64,000 nucleotides of DNA from Balanoglossus misakiensis (Eukaryota; Animalia; Hemichordata), in the NCBI GenBank assembly GCA_040954595.2, contig CM082576.2, positions 4,686,760 to 4,750,759 on the forward strand, given 5' to 3'. A program made the translations under genes and the position numbers. Positions within the stretch are counted from its first letter, which is position 1; the number at the start of each line of letters is the position of its first letter. The notes beneath the pieces are model-generated. The model had not been told where the DNA came from, made no database searches, and saw nothing but the letters and a program-made list of their open reading frames with translations. This document shows positions 51,836-63,722 of this stretch, piece after piece.

Positions 51836-54800
51836 TTGTGAAACGACGCTAATTCGCCTGATGGCCGGGATTCAGTACAAAACACAACTTGAGAGGAAAT
51901 CACGGGCGGGGTACCGTGAGTTGAATTGATATAAACACCATGTTTTAAGTATTTCCGATCAAAACTGAGCTTATATCTATTTTCCAGTTTACGTCGTCGC
52001 TGATATCTTCGGTGGGAAGAGACCCCGAAAGCACATGGTTTGAAAAACGGTGCATGGACGGTCGACATTTACAAATATTTAGCCATCACATGCTCAATTG
52101 GCTACCTAACTTATTCGGGGTACACTCACAATAGAAATTTTCACATCATCATCCTGATCAAATTGGATTTTATTGTGTCTACTTTTTTAAATGGTGGTTT
52201 CACGCCGCTTATTTCCTTGGAAGTCAACACGAAAGCAAAACACACTGTTGTCGCTACTGTCGCCAGACGCACCTATTCCCCCGGCATCCATGCTAGAAAT
52301 ACTATCACTCCACCGGCACACTCTGACGTCATTCTCGTGCTGGCTGGGTGTCCATATTGTCGATGTATAACAACCTACTTCCTGCCTGTTCGTGAAGTCC
52401 GCCCGCCTCTTGTATTTACCAACTATCTACCAGTATCTAACTCTCGGCCGTCTTCCGACATTTATGCGACGTGCCACCACAAGTATCAATTGATGTTCCC
52501 TCCGTGGCCCCCGAACGTTGGAACAACTGTAGCGACCTCATTGCTCCTAACACCGCGTTGCACAGATGCTGCGTGCTGACGGGCCCAACTGCATACGAAG
52601 ACAGACACACGTCACACACACGCGCCTTGCATACGCAGAAACTTAATAAGATCCCGTCGGGAATAAACCCCTGTTTTCAAAATTGGATATCCGGAGGTCA
52701 GAAATACGAACTGTCGCTTCTCTTTCGACAATCACCATGGAGACTGGAACAGGAAATACTCATCCTAAGTATACAGCGGAGACTAATAGCGCCGATATTT
52801 CTCATTCACTGGGGAGTTTAAAATGAAGCGGATGGAGAAAATGCCTATTTCAAAAGATTCCTGACAGCGGCCAAACAAAAGTGTACTTTCTTGAAGTTAC
52901 AGACGACTAGAAGTAGGTTGGAAAATCCTTGTGCGGAATTCGCAATCATTTGAATGGATTATTTGAATAGACGAGCCATCATCTTTGCTCATTTGCGCCC
53001 ACGGGTGTATTTTCAGTTTTTATAATCTGGTATTTTTCAACCACTTTGCTTGAAATCAAGTGTTTTTACGATGACATCACAATTGATGACCATTGAACGT
53101 TTTGTCTAAGATTGCGATAGTCGCATTGTCCGTTCAGCCAGAGAAAACGTAAAATTAATAGCACAGACTGATAGCGAGGGGGCGGGGTTCTAAAACACAA
53201 AGAAACAAGGAAACGTGACAAGAAAGGTAGCAACAAAAGTCATATTATTCCAGCCACAGCTCGTCAAATCTCCAATCTCATCGCAAAATAAAACAGTATG
53301 CATAGCCCAACAAGCCAAAACTCTCATTTCAAATGACCCGTACAGAAAAGGAATCGAGCTATTATCAGTCGAATTCATGTGTGACCAGAGACGAGTACTT
53401 CCCCCACAAAATAATCACGATTCGTTGCTCGATGATGGCGCTTTCCATCCAGCGCAGCCCGAGTTCTGTTCTGAGCCATACGCATATTCTGTACCCAATG
53501 ACGTCAGTCGCTTCCTTTCAACAGCCATTACCCGGAGGAACGCTTTTCAATTTAAACTCGACCATTTTTAAGAAGACACAATTTTGTTCCCAATGAAGGT
53601 TTCGGCATTGACATTTTTAAATGGGTTCGAGGTAAACCACATTTTATTCATCCACAGAGCGAAGTTGAATTTTTCAGCGGTTTATTTAGTCTCGTCGTGT
53701 TTGTGACGGAACGAATCAAAGCTCGCTTTCTTTGCTCGTAATATTCGAATATTGCCAGTAGCAATATTGACGAATTTGATACGTATAGCCCCACACTCCC
53801 GGAAGGTAAAAACTTCGTTTAACTTGAAGAACAACGTTTTATAGTATGCACTTGTCATAAACTATTAGTTTTGAATCGCGACTACAAGTACCAGAACCAA
53901 TTAATCATAAAACCAACTAATGATTTTGAAATCAAAGAAAGTCAGTCTGTTTCCTACTCCATTTGATTGGAATTGGAATCAAGTTGCTATTGCTTGTGAA
54001 CAATGCAAAAGGGTTTCTCATTCTGTAGACGCGATGATCAATGGCAGGGCGTGCTATAGAACGTGTTGTAAGGTACTCATGAATTTGACTGCTATGTCGA
54101 TACAAGATTGACAGAGGAAATTTCTCACTGATTCGTTTCATCAAGGACTCTCGAGCTTCGATGGCGAGTTGGGACACGGAGCAATCTCCAAACAAATACA
54201 CTTGAAATAATCAAGGGAATTAATGTAATTCGTCACTGCAATAACGACTAAGTTCTTGGACGATAGATTGAATTTGGTAATCCGTTAAACGAAGGCCGAC
54301 ATTTATTGACCAGTTGTTCGAAAAATCCCTCTTGCGAATACCGAGCGATTTGTTGTACAGTTTTATAGTATATATACTCATTTTACTTCTTTTATCCCAG
54401 ATATCAAATTAAGTTGGGAACCGGCATTATTTTTGTGAGGATCCGCGATGAGAATGACAGTCAAGTACGAATGCAAGCGGCAGTATAGATTTTAATCAGA
54501 GCATATTAAGTTGTCAAGGACAACCCTGCAAGCAACGGCATAGTCATTATCAGCAATCTTTGGAGTTTTCATCTCCTCCAACATACGAACACAGTTGGAC
54601 CATTGATATCCCGAGGGACATGGAAGATCAAGGAAGTCCGCGAAATCTTATATCTCCGATACCCTTCACGCTTGTGGATTTTTTTTTCAGAGCTCCCTTT
54701 TCGCGGCACCTGCGCATATAGGATGTGTAATACCAATCATTTACCAGGTCTCCTAGATGTCAAAGTTCTCAAGCGACAACATGTGAAGAAAATACATGTA

Positions 54801-55489
54801 CTATGATAATAGTAAATTTGAAAGCTTCCTTTGTGTTTCTCTTTCAAAAATAGTGCGATACAACAAAATGTTGGGTGCTTGAATTTGAACAAAATACTTG
54901 ATTCAAGTGTAACAATACAAAAGGTAACTTGAGTGCAAAGAAGATATTTCCCATACAGGCCTAAACACCCGTTTTCTTAGAAATTGGCCCCTCGTTTACC
55001 CCCCCCCCCCCCCCCCGATTAAAATCGTACAGTCTCTTGATTCAAAGTGTATGGATCAGTGCAGTGTATTTTTGTTAAAATTGGAAGCTCAGCCTAGAAT
55101 CAATCACGCGCCACTTCATCGGTAGCGATTGTAATAAGCGTAGTTTCTGTCGATTTGAATGCAGATGCTGCCACTTCCTCAAAAAGCATCATACATGATT
55201 TGAATATTTTCGCACGCTATGTCCTTACAAAAAAAAGCGACGCGGGGGAAGATGTTCTGGATGTGCGACGCTCTTGCCCAGTAGTTGGCCTCCGATTAAA
55301 GGTCACACATTGCTCCTGGGGCGAGTATACAGTCAGGGAAAAAATGAAAGCTTTCGTCAAGGATTTTTCGGTCGATTCATACTATCCCGATAATTGACGA
55401 GATATATTATCTCGTGTCGCCGTTCGACGCTGGAGAAATACATCTCTTGGGGGTTCACAGTATCGTGAACGTAACTGAGATAAAAAATC

Positions 55490-55558
<69 letters not shown>
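55490..55558. repeat. (GAT)23 microsatellite
   Basis: Pure trinucleotide run followed by CGACGACGAC. Confidence 0.97.
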
Positions 55559-57071
55559 CGACGACGACACGACATTGCCAGTTTTCTCTAATCTCATTAG
55601 AAACAGACTTCACTATGTTTGCGCGAGTCTAACAGAACATCTATCCGTAGCGCCATGAACTGTACGAAGAAATCGTTTTGCTTGTGCAGATTTCACCTTG
55701 ATTGTCCGTCTGAATTAGCATTAATGGCCATAATTGGAAACACAAATTATATGGAAATCAACTGACTGGCTCCGAAATCACTTAGTATAGCAAAATGATT
55801 ATATTTGCAGCCTATACGAATTTCAATATCACGAGAGCATACGGTGCAATTATTTGCACATCATAGCCTTGCTCAGCCTCGCGAGACAGGCATGTTATTA
55901 TTCTGTCTCTGTCAGCGTCAATATAGAGATGCATGTTGTTCTCGGACCTAGACGATTTTCGTCAGCCAGAAGAGGCACGTACGACGGCGATCCAATGAAA
56001 CAAAACCGACGCAAGTGCGATTTGTTCCCTATCTCCACCGCTTGCTTTGCCCTAAGTAAGGACTCGTCGCCGTTTTTTTTGTTACCGTTGGTGGCGCACT
56101 CAATCATACTCCAACCTTGCAACCTGGAGTCGAGGATGTAGCTGGGTGTAGATTGGTACTGGAAGTTTAGTTGACAGGTATTAAAAGGGTACGGAAAAAA
56201 CTCGACGAACAAATACCTTTCCTTCTCTTTAGACAGTTCGTTCACGAGAAACATGATGTTACTTCAATAATACATCAACAATTGCATCATCTAGATAATG
56301 TAGTGACGTCGTACGTACATTTTTCGTACGTACCTGTTGTGGATTTCGCTCTCTGTGATTTATTATTTACAGGGTCAGGGAAGGTATGTAGAGACTGAAG
56401 TCCGGGTATTTTGTGTTTGTTCGGGCACTTTGTGATTCATTGCTATTATTTTCTGCTGTCTGTGATTACAGAGTCGGTCGTCAGACGCCTGTCTGTTTTC
56501 CTTCCTCGGTGACCTTCACAGTGGCGCGGTGTGAATAGTACTTTGTGTAAGTTATGAAAAGGCAGCGTGAACTCTTAGTTTCCGCACTGCATACAATGAG
56601 ATATGTGACGCGTATAAAACAAAAGATCATCTGTTCGTTTTGTGATGTGTTGTAAACAAGCAAAATGCAGTGGAAAGGGTGAATCATGAACTGTACAGTT
56701 TAGAAATGGTGAAATGCTAGTGAGGTAGGAGGGAGCAGATCTCCCCCCCCCCCTCACATGCATTGCCTGTTTTTTGTTAAATCCTCCGGTGAAGGATGTT
56801 GAGGGTGGCATTCTCAGTGTTATCGGGACAAACAACAATTCAACCTTGTCTGTCGTTTCACCTTTGGTCCAGCTTTGGCAGATAATCCATGGTCAGTTCT
56901 CCGGCCATTGACATAAACAGAGTCTCAGATAGATTCTCGCTTCCAAACATTTGACATGAATGGGTTTGACGGGAAAGGGAGCGACAATCACTCGCTTCCA
57001 CAACATCCTGGTAGAATCGACCCAGTAAGCGGTCTTCTCTGCAGATTGATTTTCACACCTGTGGATATCAG

Positions 57072-57137
57072 CCAATCGCAGCGAAGCGATGACCTCCCAG
57101 TCGGATCCGGCACAAACCATTCGGCGGGAAACTTCAG
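57072..57137 (+). promoter_or_regulatory. Putative nidogen core promoter and 5' UTR exon
   Basis: CCAAT at 57072-57076, Inr-like CCAGTC at ~57096, donor CAG|GTAGGG at 57137/57138, and acceptor TTTCTTTTTCAG at 57445, 30 nt before the ATG. Confidence 0.4.
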
Positions 57138-57475
57138 GTAGGGGCAGAGCATCGTGGGGACGTAAAGCTACTTTCAACGCTTCAACTGAAACTGTGTAAT
57201 TTTGTCTAACATATAACACCGTACGACTGTTTTATTTTCTACCACTTCCATTTCCTTTTTGATATCGTTACAATTATCTCTAGTACAAACGGACGATCCC
57301 TGTGCCCCTCACAAATCATTGGTACCGTCCCAGAATTGGTCCTCAAACTTTGTCCTAAGATATATCGTCAAGATAACGCTTTGCGCTCATCTCTCAAGCC
57401 TTCGATTGCTTATCCGGACTGGGCGGGCTGTGATTTCTTTTTCAGATTTCAGAAACAACTTCACCGGACACAAAA

Positions 57476-57676
57476 ATGAAGACCGCGGGGATTCTCACCC
57501 TGGCGGTAGTTTTCCTGGCGGCCACTGTCCGGGTCGAAGCGGTTTACCGAAATTTGTTCTACTACTTTGGCGATCGGATTGGAGACCGAATCGTGTCGAG
57601 GGGAGATATGGAAACGGCCGAGTTGTACCTGGAAACACCCATCAGTTTCTACAACGACCTGCACTACACTGTATAT
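57476..57676 (+). CDS. NID: Nidogen coding exon 1 (signal peptide and start of G1)
   Basis: Signal peptide MKTAGILTLAVVFLAATVRVEA, then LFYYFGDRIGD...LETPISFYNDLHYTVY. Donor |GTGAGT, phase 0. Confidence 0.9.
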
Positions 57677-58464
57677 GTGAGTATTATTTGCCGTGCGCTT
57701 ATGTGGGAAATTCTGGTACTCGTGCGAATTCCCGATTTTCTCGCATCGTCTTCAACTAGGACAAAGTTCTGGAGGGGAATGCACGCATGCCCACTGATAC
57801 GCTGTGTGATATCCTCGGGTCAACTGTAGTGTATACCGTTGTTCTCACCTTATCTCGTGCGATAAACTTATCAATCTATTCGTGGGGCAAAAACAAATGA
57901 TTTGAAGAATGACTGGGTGGCAAAGAAGAGCGCATAAAAAGTGGAGTATGTCAAAAATATACAGCACGTCGAAAGATCTGGTGTAAAAATTCCGTAACAA
58001 AACTGTTCCATCAATAAAACAAACTTTGCTACTGGGGACAAGATAATCACGGTGCATTTGTAATAAATTTACTGTTTTACAACTTCCTGTCAACATGGGT
58101 CTTTGTGCTTTGTTCGGAATGCCCGCAGTTCAAAAAGACGCGTTGTTTTCTACGCACAACTGCGTACCGAGTACCCCCCTCAAACTCGCCCTCTGACTGG
58201 TTCAAAACAGCGGGGCAACTTCATGAGGATGAACAATTTCACAATCGTGTGTTTGACCTCGAAGAGAGAGAGAAAAAAGAAACTATTGTATGGACCTCCA
58301 CAAATTTTGTGAACTTCGAAGTCGTTGGTCTACACCTCTAAGTCATTCAGAATGCAGTCCGCCAGATCTCTCGCAAACCTTGGACAGCTAAAACTCATCC
58401 GATAAGCTTACCAAACATAGTACTCACGCGCATTCTCTTACAGGACTGAAATGTTTGATCTGTC

Positions 58465-58489
58465 CATGGAGGTATTTAGTACCTCCATG
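58465..58489. mobile_element. 25-bp palindromic TIR remnant with 7-bp TSD (P-superfamily-like footprint)
   Basis: ATCTGTC-[CATGGAGGTA TTTAG TACCTCCATG]-ATCTGTC. Confidence 0.65.
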
Positions 58490-58689
58490 ATCTGTCCACG
58501 GTCACTGTGAGCAAACGTAGCAAGTGTCATGACACAAAATAATTCACACAATCGTACTTTATTACTTAATGAAAAAACTGTCTTGCGTAACTAATGAATG
58601 TAATCAGCACAACTGAGGTCTATATCGATATTTACAATTTTTGCGTTAGGACCAGCACCTACATACGTGTACTATTTTGTTTGTCATGG

Positions 58690-58707
58690 CATGGAGGTAC
58701 CTCCATG
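58690..58707. mobile_element. 18-bp palindromic TIR remnant with 7-bp TSD (same family as 58465)
   Basis: GTCATGG-[CATGGAGGTACCTCCATG]-GTCATGG. Confidence 0.65.
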
Positions 58708-58933
58708 GTCATGGTCAGGGGCAGCGTTTTGTCTATTGACATTTTCCACTAGACTTCTTTCCATAATTGTCTCGCAGGACAACGTGTATAACAGCTTATG
58801 ATGGATGTGCGAATCGATGATTGATGTTTAGCGCCCAACTGTTAAATGAGATCTTAGGTCAACAATAACTTCCGTCCTTTGTTCGCGGCGTGAACTTGTT
58901 CAAATAAACGATGTGTTCTTTCGTTTTACGCAG

Positions 58934-59061
58934 GTGAACACTGATGGCGTACTCACGTTTACCCCGGGACTCCAGGGTTACGCGGCCTATCCGTTCGGCG
59001 CTCGGTTGCAAGATACAAACATCAAATTGATCGCACCGTTTATGGTTGACCTTGATAACAG
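58934..59061 (+). CDS. NID: Nidogen coding exon 2 (G1/NIDO)
   Basis: CAG|VNTDGVLTF...IKLIAPFMVDLDN|GTAAG. Contains the IAPF.xD.D motif; phase 0 to 2. Confidence 0.9.
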
Positions 59062-59289
59062 GTAAGACCATCCCAATCGGGAAAAAGAAATACAGTTTAA
59101 AATTTCCTATTAGTTGGTTTCAAAGTTGTCCGTTGCGATGGTTACCAAAACCTGTTGTCAAAAACCAGAAACCCTAAAGTGGTCAACACAGTACATATTA
59201 CATGCATTGTTTAAATAAATAAAATAATACTTTCACGGGAATTCAGTATTGACATGATTTGTGATTTAGTTTTTTTTCTTTTCTTTTAG

Positions 59290-59464
59290 TAATGACAGAC
59301 AGACTGGCAACATCTGGTACCGAGAGACCAGTGATGTCAACCTTCGACAGAGGGCCAACCAAGAAATTAACCGCTTCTTCAGCGGCAGAGACTTTAAATC
59401 TGTCGGTTTGTTGATTGTCACTTGGGAGGAGGTCGCGATTTACAAGAGTGACGGTGGACAAACT
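59290..59464 (+). CDS. NID: Nidogen coding exon 3 (NIDO)
   Basis: TAG|...GNIWYRETSD...LLIVTWEEV...GGQT|GTAAG; phase 2 to 0. Confidence 0.9.
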
Positions 59465-59673
59465 GTAAGCCCTCATACATATTGCTGCCAACAATTTTCC
59501 ATTAACATTTGTGCACAACACAGAAACATGCATTTATATGCTTGATTTCAATCGACAAAGGCCTGTAAAAATATGCAAGGTCATGTAAGTGACACTCTTT
59601 CTCATTTTAACTCGTGCATAATCTAGGAAATATTGTAGTAGTCTTCAAGGTTTTGGATATTTTTTAATTCCAG

Positions 59674-59870
59674 GTGACCACATTCCAGCTTATTCTTGCC
59701 AATGACGGAACTAGTACCTATTCAATCTTCCTGTACGATGATCAAAACACTGATCCGGATCTGACCAAGGAAAGGTCAGATTGGCCGGAGATCGGATTCT
59801 ATGCGGGAGACAGGAGAAGATATTTTACCGTTTCCAACTCTATGACTCGAGATGTTTTCCAGGAGAGCAG
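59674..59870 (+). CDS. NID: Nidogen coding exon 4 (NIDO core)
   Basis: VTTFQLILANDGTSTYSIFLY...IGFYAGD; AG/GT bounded, phase 0 to 2. Confidence 0.93.
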
Positions 59871-60078
59871 GTAAAACTTGGTTATAAAAATTGCAGTTGC
59901 ACTGTTTAAACGTTGATCCATGTACTCTGTGCTCAGTGCTCAAATGACCACACTGATATGGTTAAATTGATCCTTGGAAGAGACAATTTCATTACTGGCC
60001 AATTATGGATGGTTTTAAAATTCTACGGAGAGCATATACATAAAAAAAATGACTGTTCTGAATGTTTTCCACCCTCAG

Positions 60079-60236
60079 GAAGTCTAACGTGGACAAGCCT
60101 GGTTACTGGCTGTGGCAGATTGGAATGGACAGCATGGGCGACAGGAATATAGTGGGACCGTCACAGGCAGGTGGTGCCGGCGAGCCAGAAATGTCTGGGG
60201 ATGGGGAAGATGTCGACATTTTGCCATCTGAATCAG
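60079..60236 (+). CDS. NID: Nidogen coding exon 5 (end of NIDO and linker)
   Basis: KSNVDKPGYWLWQIG matches the SNV..PG.W NIDO end and is followed by an acidic Gly-rich linker. Phase 2 to 1. Confidence 0.9.
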
Positions 60237-60360
60237 GTATTTACAACTAGAGAATCGAAACGTCGCTTACTACATAAGAACATAGCCCTTTGTGTTCCAT
60301 TTTCTAGTTACCAAAGTTTTTCTTATACACCCACTATTTCAAATCTTGTGTCATTTTCAG

Positions 60361-60510
60361 TGGATGTTTTCGACGTTGATGTGTTTGATGTTGACCACAG
60401 TACTGACAAGTGCAATGAGTGCGCCCTCAACGCCAGATGCGTAGCAAGCGGCCTGTGCTGTGAATGTATTGAAAGTTTCTATGGCAACGGATTGACGTGT
60501 CTTGAAGTGG
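60361..60510 (+). CDS. NID: Nidogen coding exon 6 (EGF1 before G2)
   Basis: CNECALNARCVASGLCCECIESFYGNGLTC has the CC.C...YGNG..C pattern of nidogen EGF1. Phase 1 to 1. Confidence 0.92.
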
Positions 60511-60522
60511 GTAAGTAAGAGA

Positions 60523-60600
60523 GTATGTATGTATGTATGTATGTATGTATGTATGTATGTATGTATGTATGTATGTATGTATGTATGTATGTATGTATGT
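60523..60600. repeat. (GTAT)~19 intronic microsatellite
   Basis: Pure tetranucleotide run starting 12 nt after the exon 6 donor. Confidence 0.97.
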
Positions 60601-60697
60601 CATGGTCTGCATGTAACTTTTAATATTTCTTTGTGTGTGTGTTCCTTAGCTTTGAACACATATTTGATAGATGTACTGCTTTGGTCCTTCATTTCAG

Positions 60698-60931
60698 ATC
60701 AACCACAGCGAGTCAACGGCAAGGTGACAGGAAACATCAATGGCGATGACCTAGGCTCAGCCGACCTGCATGCATACGCCGTCACAAATGAAGGTCGCGC
60801 ATACACTGCAGTCAGTCGCATCCCCCCATCAATCGGTTACTCCATGCAAGCCCTTCAACCCCTTGGCGCCATCATTGGTTGGATGTTTGCCATGATGGAG
60901 AGCAAGGGAAGGAATGGTTTTGACATCACAG
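60698..60931 (+). CDS. NID: Nidogen coding exon 7 (G2 beta-barrel, part 1)
   Basis: PQRVNGKV.G...DLHAY.V...GRAYTAVS.IP...IGWMFA...NGF.ITG is diagnostic of the G2F domain. Confidence 0.96.
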
Positions 60932-61155
60932 GTGAGAAAGTCGTACTCAACCCCTTAATTACTTTCTCACATTTGGTTTTTAAAATGAGAATTGATCAGG
61001 CAGGGCTGTAGACTATGTAAGAAACGTAGATTTGTTTTTGGTGTTAATTTTCTCCTTTTGCAAGCTGGTGCACTTGATAATATCCGAAACATTCGCAAGG
61101 AATCCTGGAAATTTTTCCAAAAGCTGAATTGCGATACACCGCTCTCTCATTGCAG

Positions 61156-61353
61156 GTGGACAGCTGACCCGAACGGCCAACGTGGCCTTCCAGACCGGCG
61201 AAAGTGTGGTCATCAAGGAACGGTACGAGGGCGTGGATGACCGCGGATACATGAGAATGACCGCTGAACTTGATGGAGATGTGCCTCTCATTGAAGCCGG
61301 AATCAGGGTCACAATGGACGACTACAAAGACACCTACAACAGGATTTCTCCAG
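61156..61353 (+). CDS. NID: Nidogen coding exon 8 (G2, part 2)
   Basis: GGQLTRTANVAFQTGE...GDVP...DYKDTY...PG; AG/GT bounded, phase 1 to 1. Confidence 0.92.
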
Positions 61354-61637
61354 GTAAATCTCATTCCTTATGTTTCTTAAAAGTTTCTTATTTCTTATAA
61401 GTTTCTTATAAGTTATGTACAGGTTTACCCAATTACTGACCAATATATACTTGTAATTTTCCTGTTAACTTGAGGGATAGGCATGCATTAACAAGAGAGT
61501 ACATGTATATATGGAGGGTGACATGTATCTGCTCATTGTTAGAAGGTCAACAAGGAATAGAGTTGTAAAGTCTTGTGAATGAGCACATGGCAAATTTCAC
61601 ACTGATGAAACAATTAATGATCATCGTTTTCACGCAG

Positions 61638-61865
61638 GATTCATCAGAAGCTACTCTGAGAGGACCCTGCATATTGGCAACGACCGCTCCATCCCCTTCA
61701 CGGTGGATCAGACCATCGAGTACGAGGAGTGCGTTGGCGACCGGAGACAACAGGAGGAGCTCATCACAGCCATGAGGTCCAGCATCAAGGGCAATTACAT
61801 GCTGTACGACAGCAACGAACAGATTCTGAGATACGCCATGACCAGTAAAGTGACACCGAGCACCG
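61638..61865 (+). CDS. NID: Nidogen coding exon 9 (G2, part 3)
   Basis: FIRSYSER...DQTIEYEEC...YDSNEQILRYAMTSKV; phase 1 to 1. Confidence 0.93.
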
Positions 61866-62129
61866 GTAAGACAGTTTGGAAATCATTCTTGAAGATAACT
61901 GTGTTCTTTCAAGAGCCGGTCGCGAGGGGCCAGCCACTGTCTTGATCCCAATTTGTTGCTTTTTACTACTAATAATGTTTTTTTTTACCAAAATAAAAAG
62001 GTACGTATGGTATTGGTCAATATGACACCATAGTGTTGATTTAGATCATCAGTATATATATATAGCACCACTGTAGTGAAGTTTCTTAGACAACCACTCA
62101 AAGATGAACCTTATTTTGATACATTTCAG

Positions 62130-62252
62130 ATCCTGTGGATAATCCGTGCCAGTCAAATGACTGTGACAGAAATGCTAACTGTGTGCCTCAGGGTGACTCC
62201 TACGCCTGCGAGTGTCGTAGAGGTTTCCAGGGAGATGGACGTGCCTGCTATG
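62130..62252 (+). CDS. NID: Nidogen coding exon 10 (rod EGF)
   Basis: NPCQSNDCDRNANCVPQGDSYACECRRGFQGDGRACY; 123 nt, phase 1 to 1. Confidence 0.92.
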
Positions 62253-62580
62253 GTGAGTCTTTACCGGTACTTCTACTGCTATCACAATAGATCCACAAGT
62301 GCCATTTTAAAAGATCCTTTCATGACCATACCGGTGCAGTGTAATCAACATTTTGGTGGAGAAACATGAATTTTTCATTTGAAAGTGAGTTTAGTATATG
62401 GTACTTGCAATTCAGAGCCAAATTAGGTCTAGTAATTGTGTGGAGTTTCACATCCAAGACAGCAGAGTTGATAGAATCAGGAGGAGTTTCTTCATATCAA
62501 GAGTCACTGATCTGGAACTCCTAGCAACAGCTTGAATTCAACAAATTTTAAGGCACTTGTTCCCTTACTGTATTTTACAG

Positions 62581-62703
62581 ATGTGGATGAGTGTGCTGGA
62601 AATCGTGCCGGTTGCCACAGGAACGCCAGATGCGTCAATGAACCAGGATCTTACTACTGTGAATGTTTACCAGGATATACCGGAAATGGCAGGGAATGCA
62701 CAC
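62581..62703 (+). CDS. NID: Nidogen coding exon 11 (calcium-binding EGF)
   Basis: [41 protein letters not shown]; 123 nt, phase 1 to 1. Confidence 0.93.
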
Positions 62704-62911
62704 GTAAGTCGATCAACACCTAGACATGTACTCTCTGTAATCACTGTTGCCAACAAAGGTCATAGGGTCAAGATTCACGTGTCCTATGATTTAAAGTCAT
62801 TCAAAGTTGGTTGCTGAAAACAAATGTCCTTGCCAGTGACTACCACCTGTACAGATCAAATCCGGTAGTAGTAGGTATACTAAAATGGGCCGTATTTTCC
62901 ATCTGATGCAG

Positions 62912-63049
62912 GCGAAGGAGAAGGAGACGATCCTTGCGAGTCGAGTGATTGCGACAGTAATGTTTCCGATTGTGTAAATGCTGGCACTTCCTTCTATTGT
63001 TTGTGCCACAGAGGATATGCCACAGGGGAAGATGGTCGCACTTGCTATG
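62912..63049 (+). CDS. NID: Nidogen coding exon 12 (rod EGF)
   Basis: EGEGDDPCESSDCDSNVSDCVNAGTSFYCLCHRGYATGEDGRTCY; 138 nt, phase 1 to 1. Confidence 0.88.
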
Positions 63050-63183
63050 GTAAGTCAACTCAATCTGATGCTGTGATTGGCTTAATTGTTACAGGCCGTG
63101 TTCTTATACTTTTACTTGTCTTTTTGACTATGTACATGTGCATAATTACATCTGCGCATCCCTACATCTTTTGTATTGAACAG

Positions 63184-63306
63184 ATATTGATGAATGCGCA
63201 GAGAATCAGAACATTTGCCACAGGAACGCAAGATGCGTCAATGAGCCGGGGTCTTACTACTGCGAATGTTTACCAGGTTATGATGGAGATGGCAGGGAAT
63301 GCACAC
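63184..63306 (+). CDS. NID: Nidogen coding exon 13 (calcium-binding EGF)
   Basis: [41 protein letters not shown]; 123 nt, phase 1 to 1. Confidence 0.93.
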
Positions 63307-63485
63307 GTGAGTCAACAGTCTATACCCGATTCAATCTGTGGAGCATTTTTGTTCCTTTGTAGGAGTCCTGATGCTGTATTATTATTATTATATTACCAAA
63401 ATTGTCCAAGTCCTGCATTAAAGCAAGATGTTTTATGCTACACAATACAGCCATACTAACATATCTCCCTGCCTATAACTCACAG

Positions 63486-63722
63486 GTGAAGACACGGGAG
63501 CAGATGATGCCTTCTTGATCTTTGCTCAAGGAATGGCTCTGTACCGTTTGCCACTGAATGAATATGAGAGAGGCGGCCGAATCTTGATCCAACCACCCCA
63601 GACGGCTGTTGGAGTCGGTTTCGATTGCGTGGACTCCCAGGTGTACTGGACTGACGTTTATGGGCGGGCAATTTACACGGCAAAGTATGATGGCAGTGAG
63701 GTGAAGACTCTCATCAACACAG
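63486..63722 (+). CDS. NID: Nidogen coding exon 14 (start of G3 YWTD beta-propeller; gene continues beyond window)
   Basis: FLIFAQGMALYRLPL...AVGVGFDCVDSQVYWTDV.GRAI..AKYDGS; donor G|GTAGGT. Confidence 0.93.
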
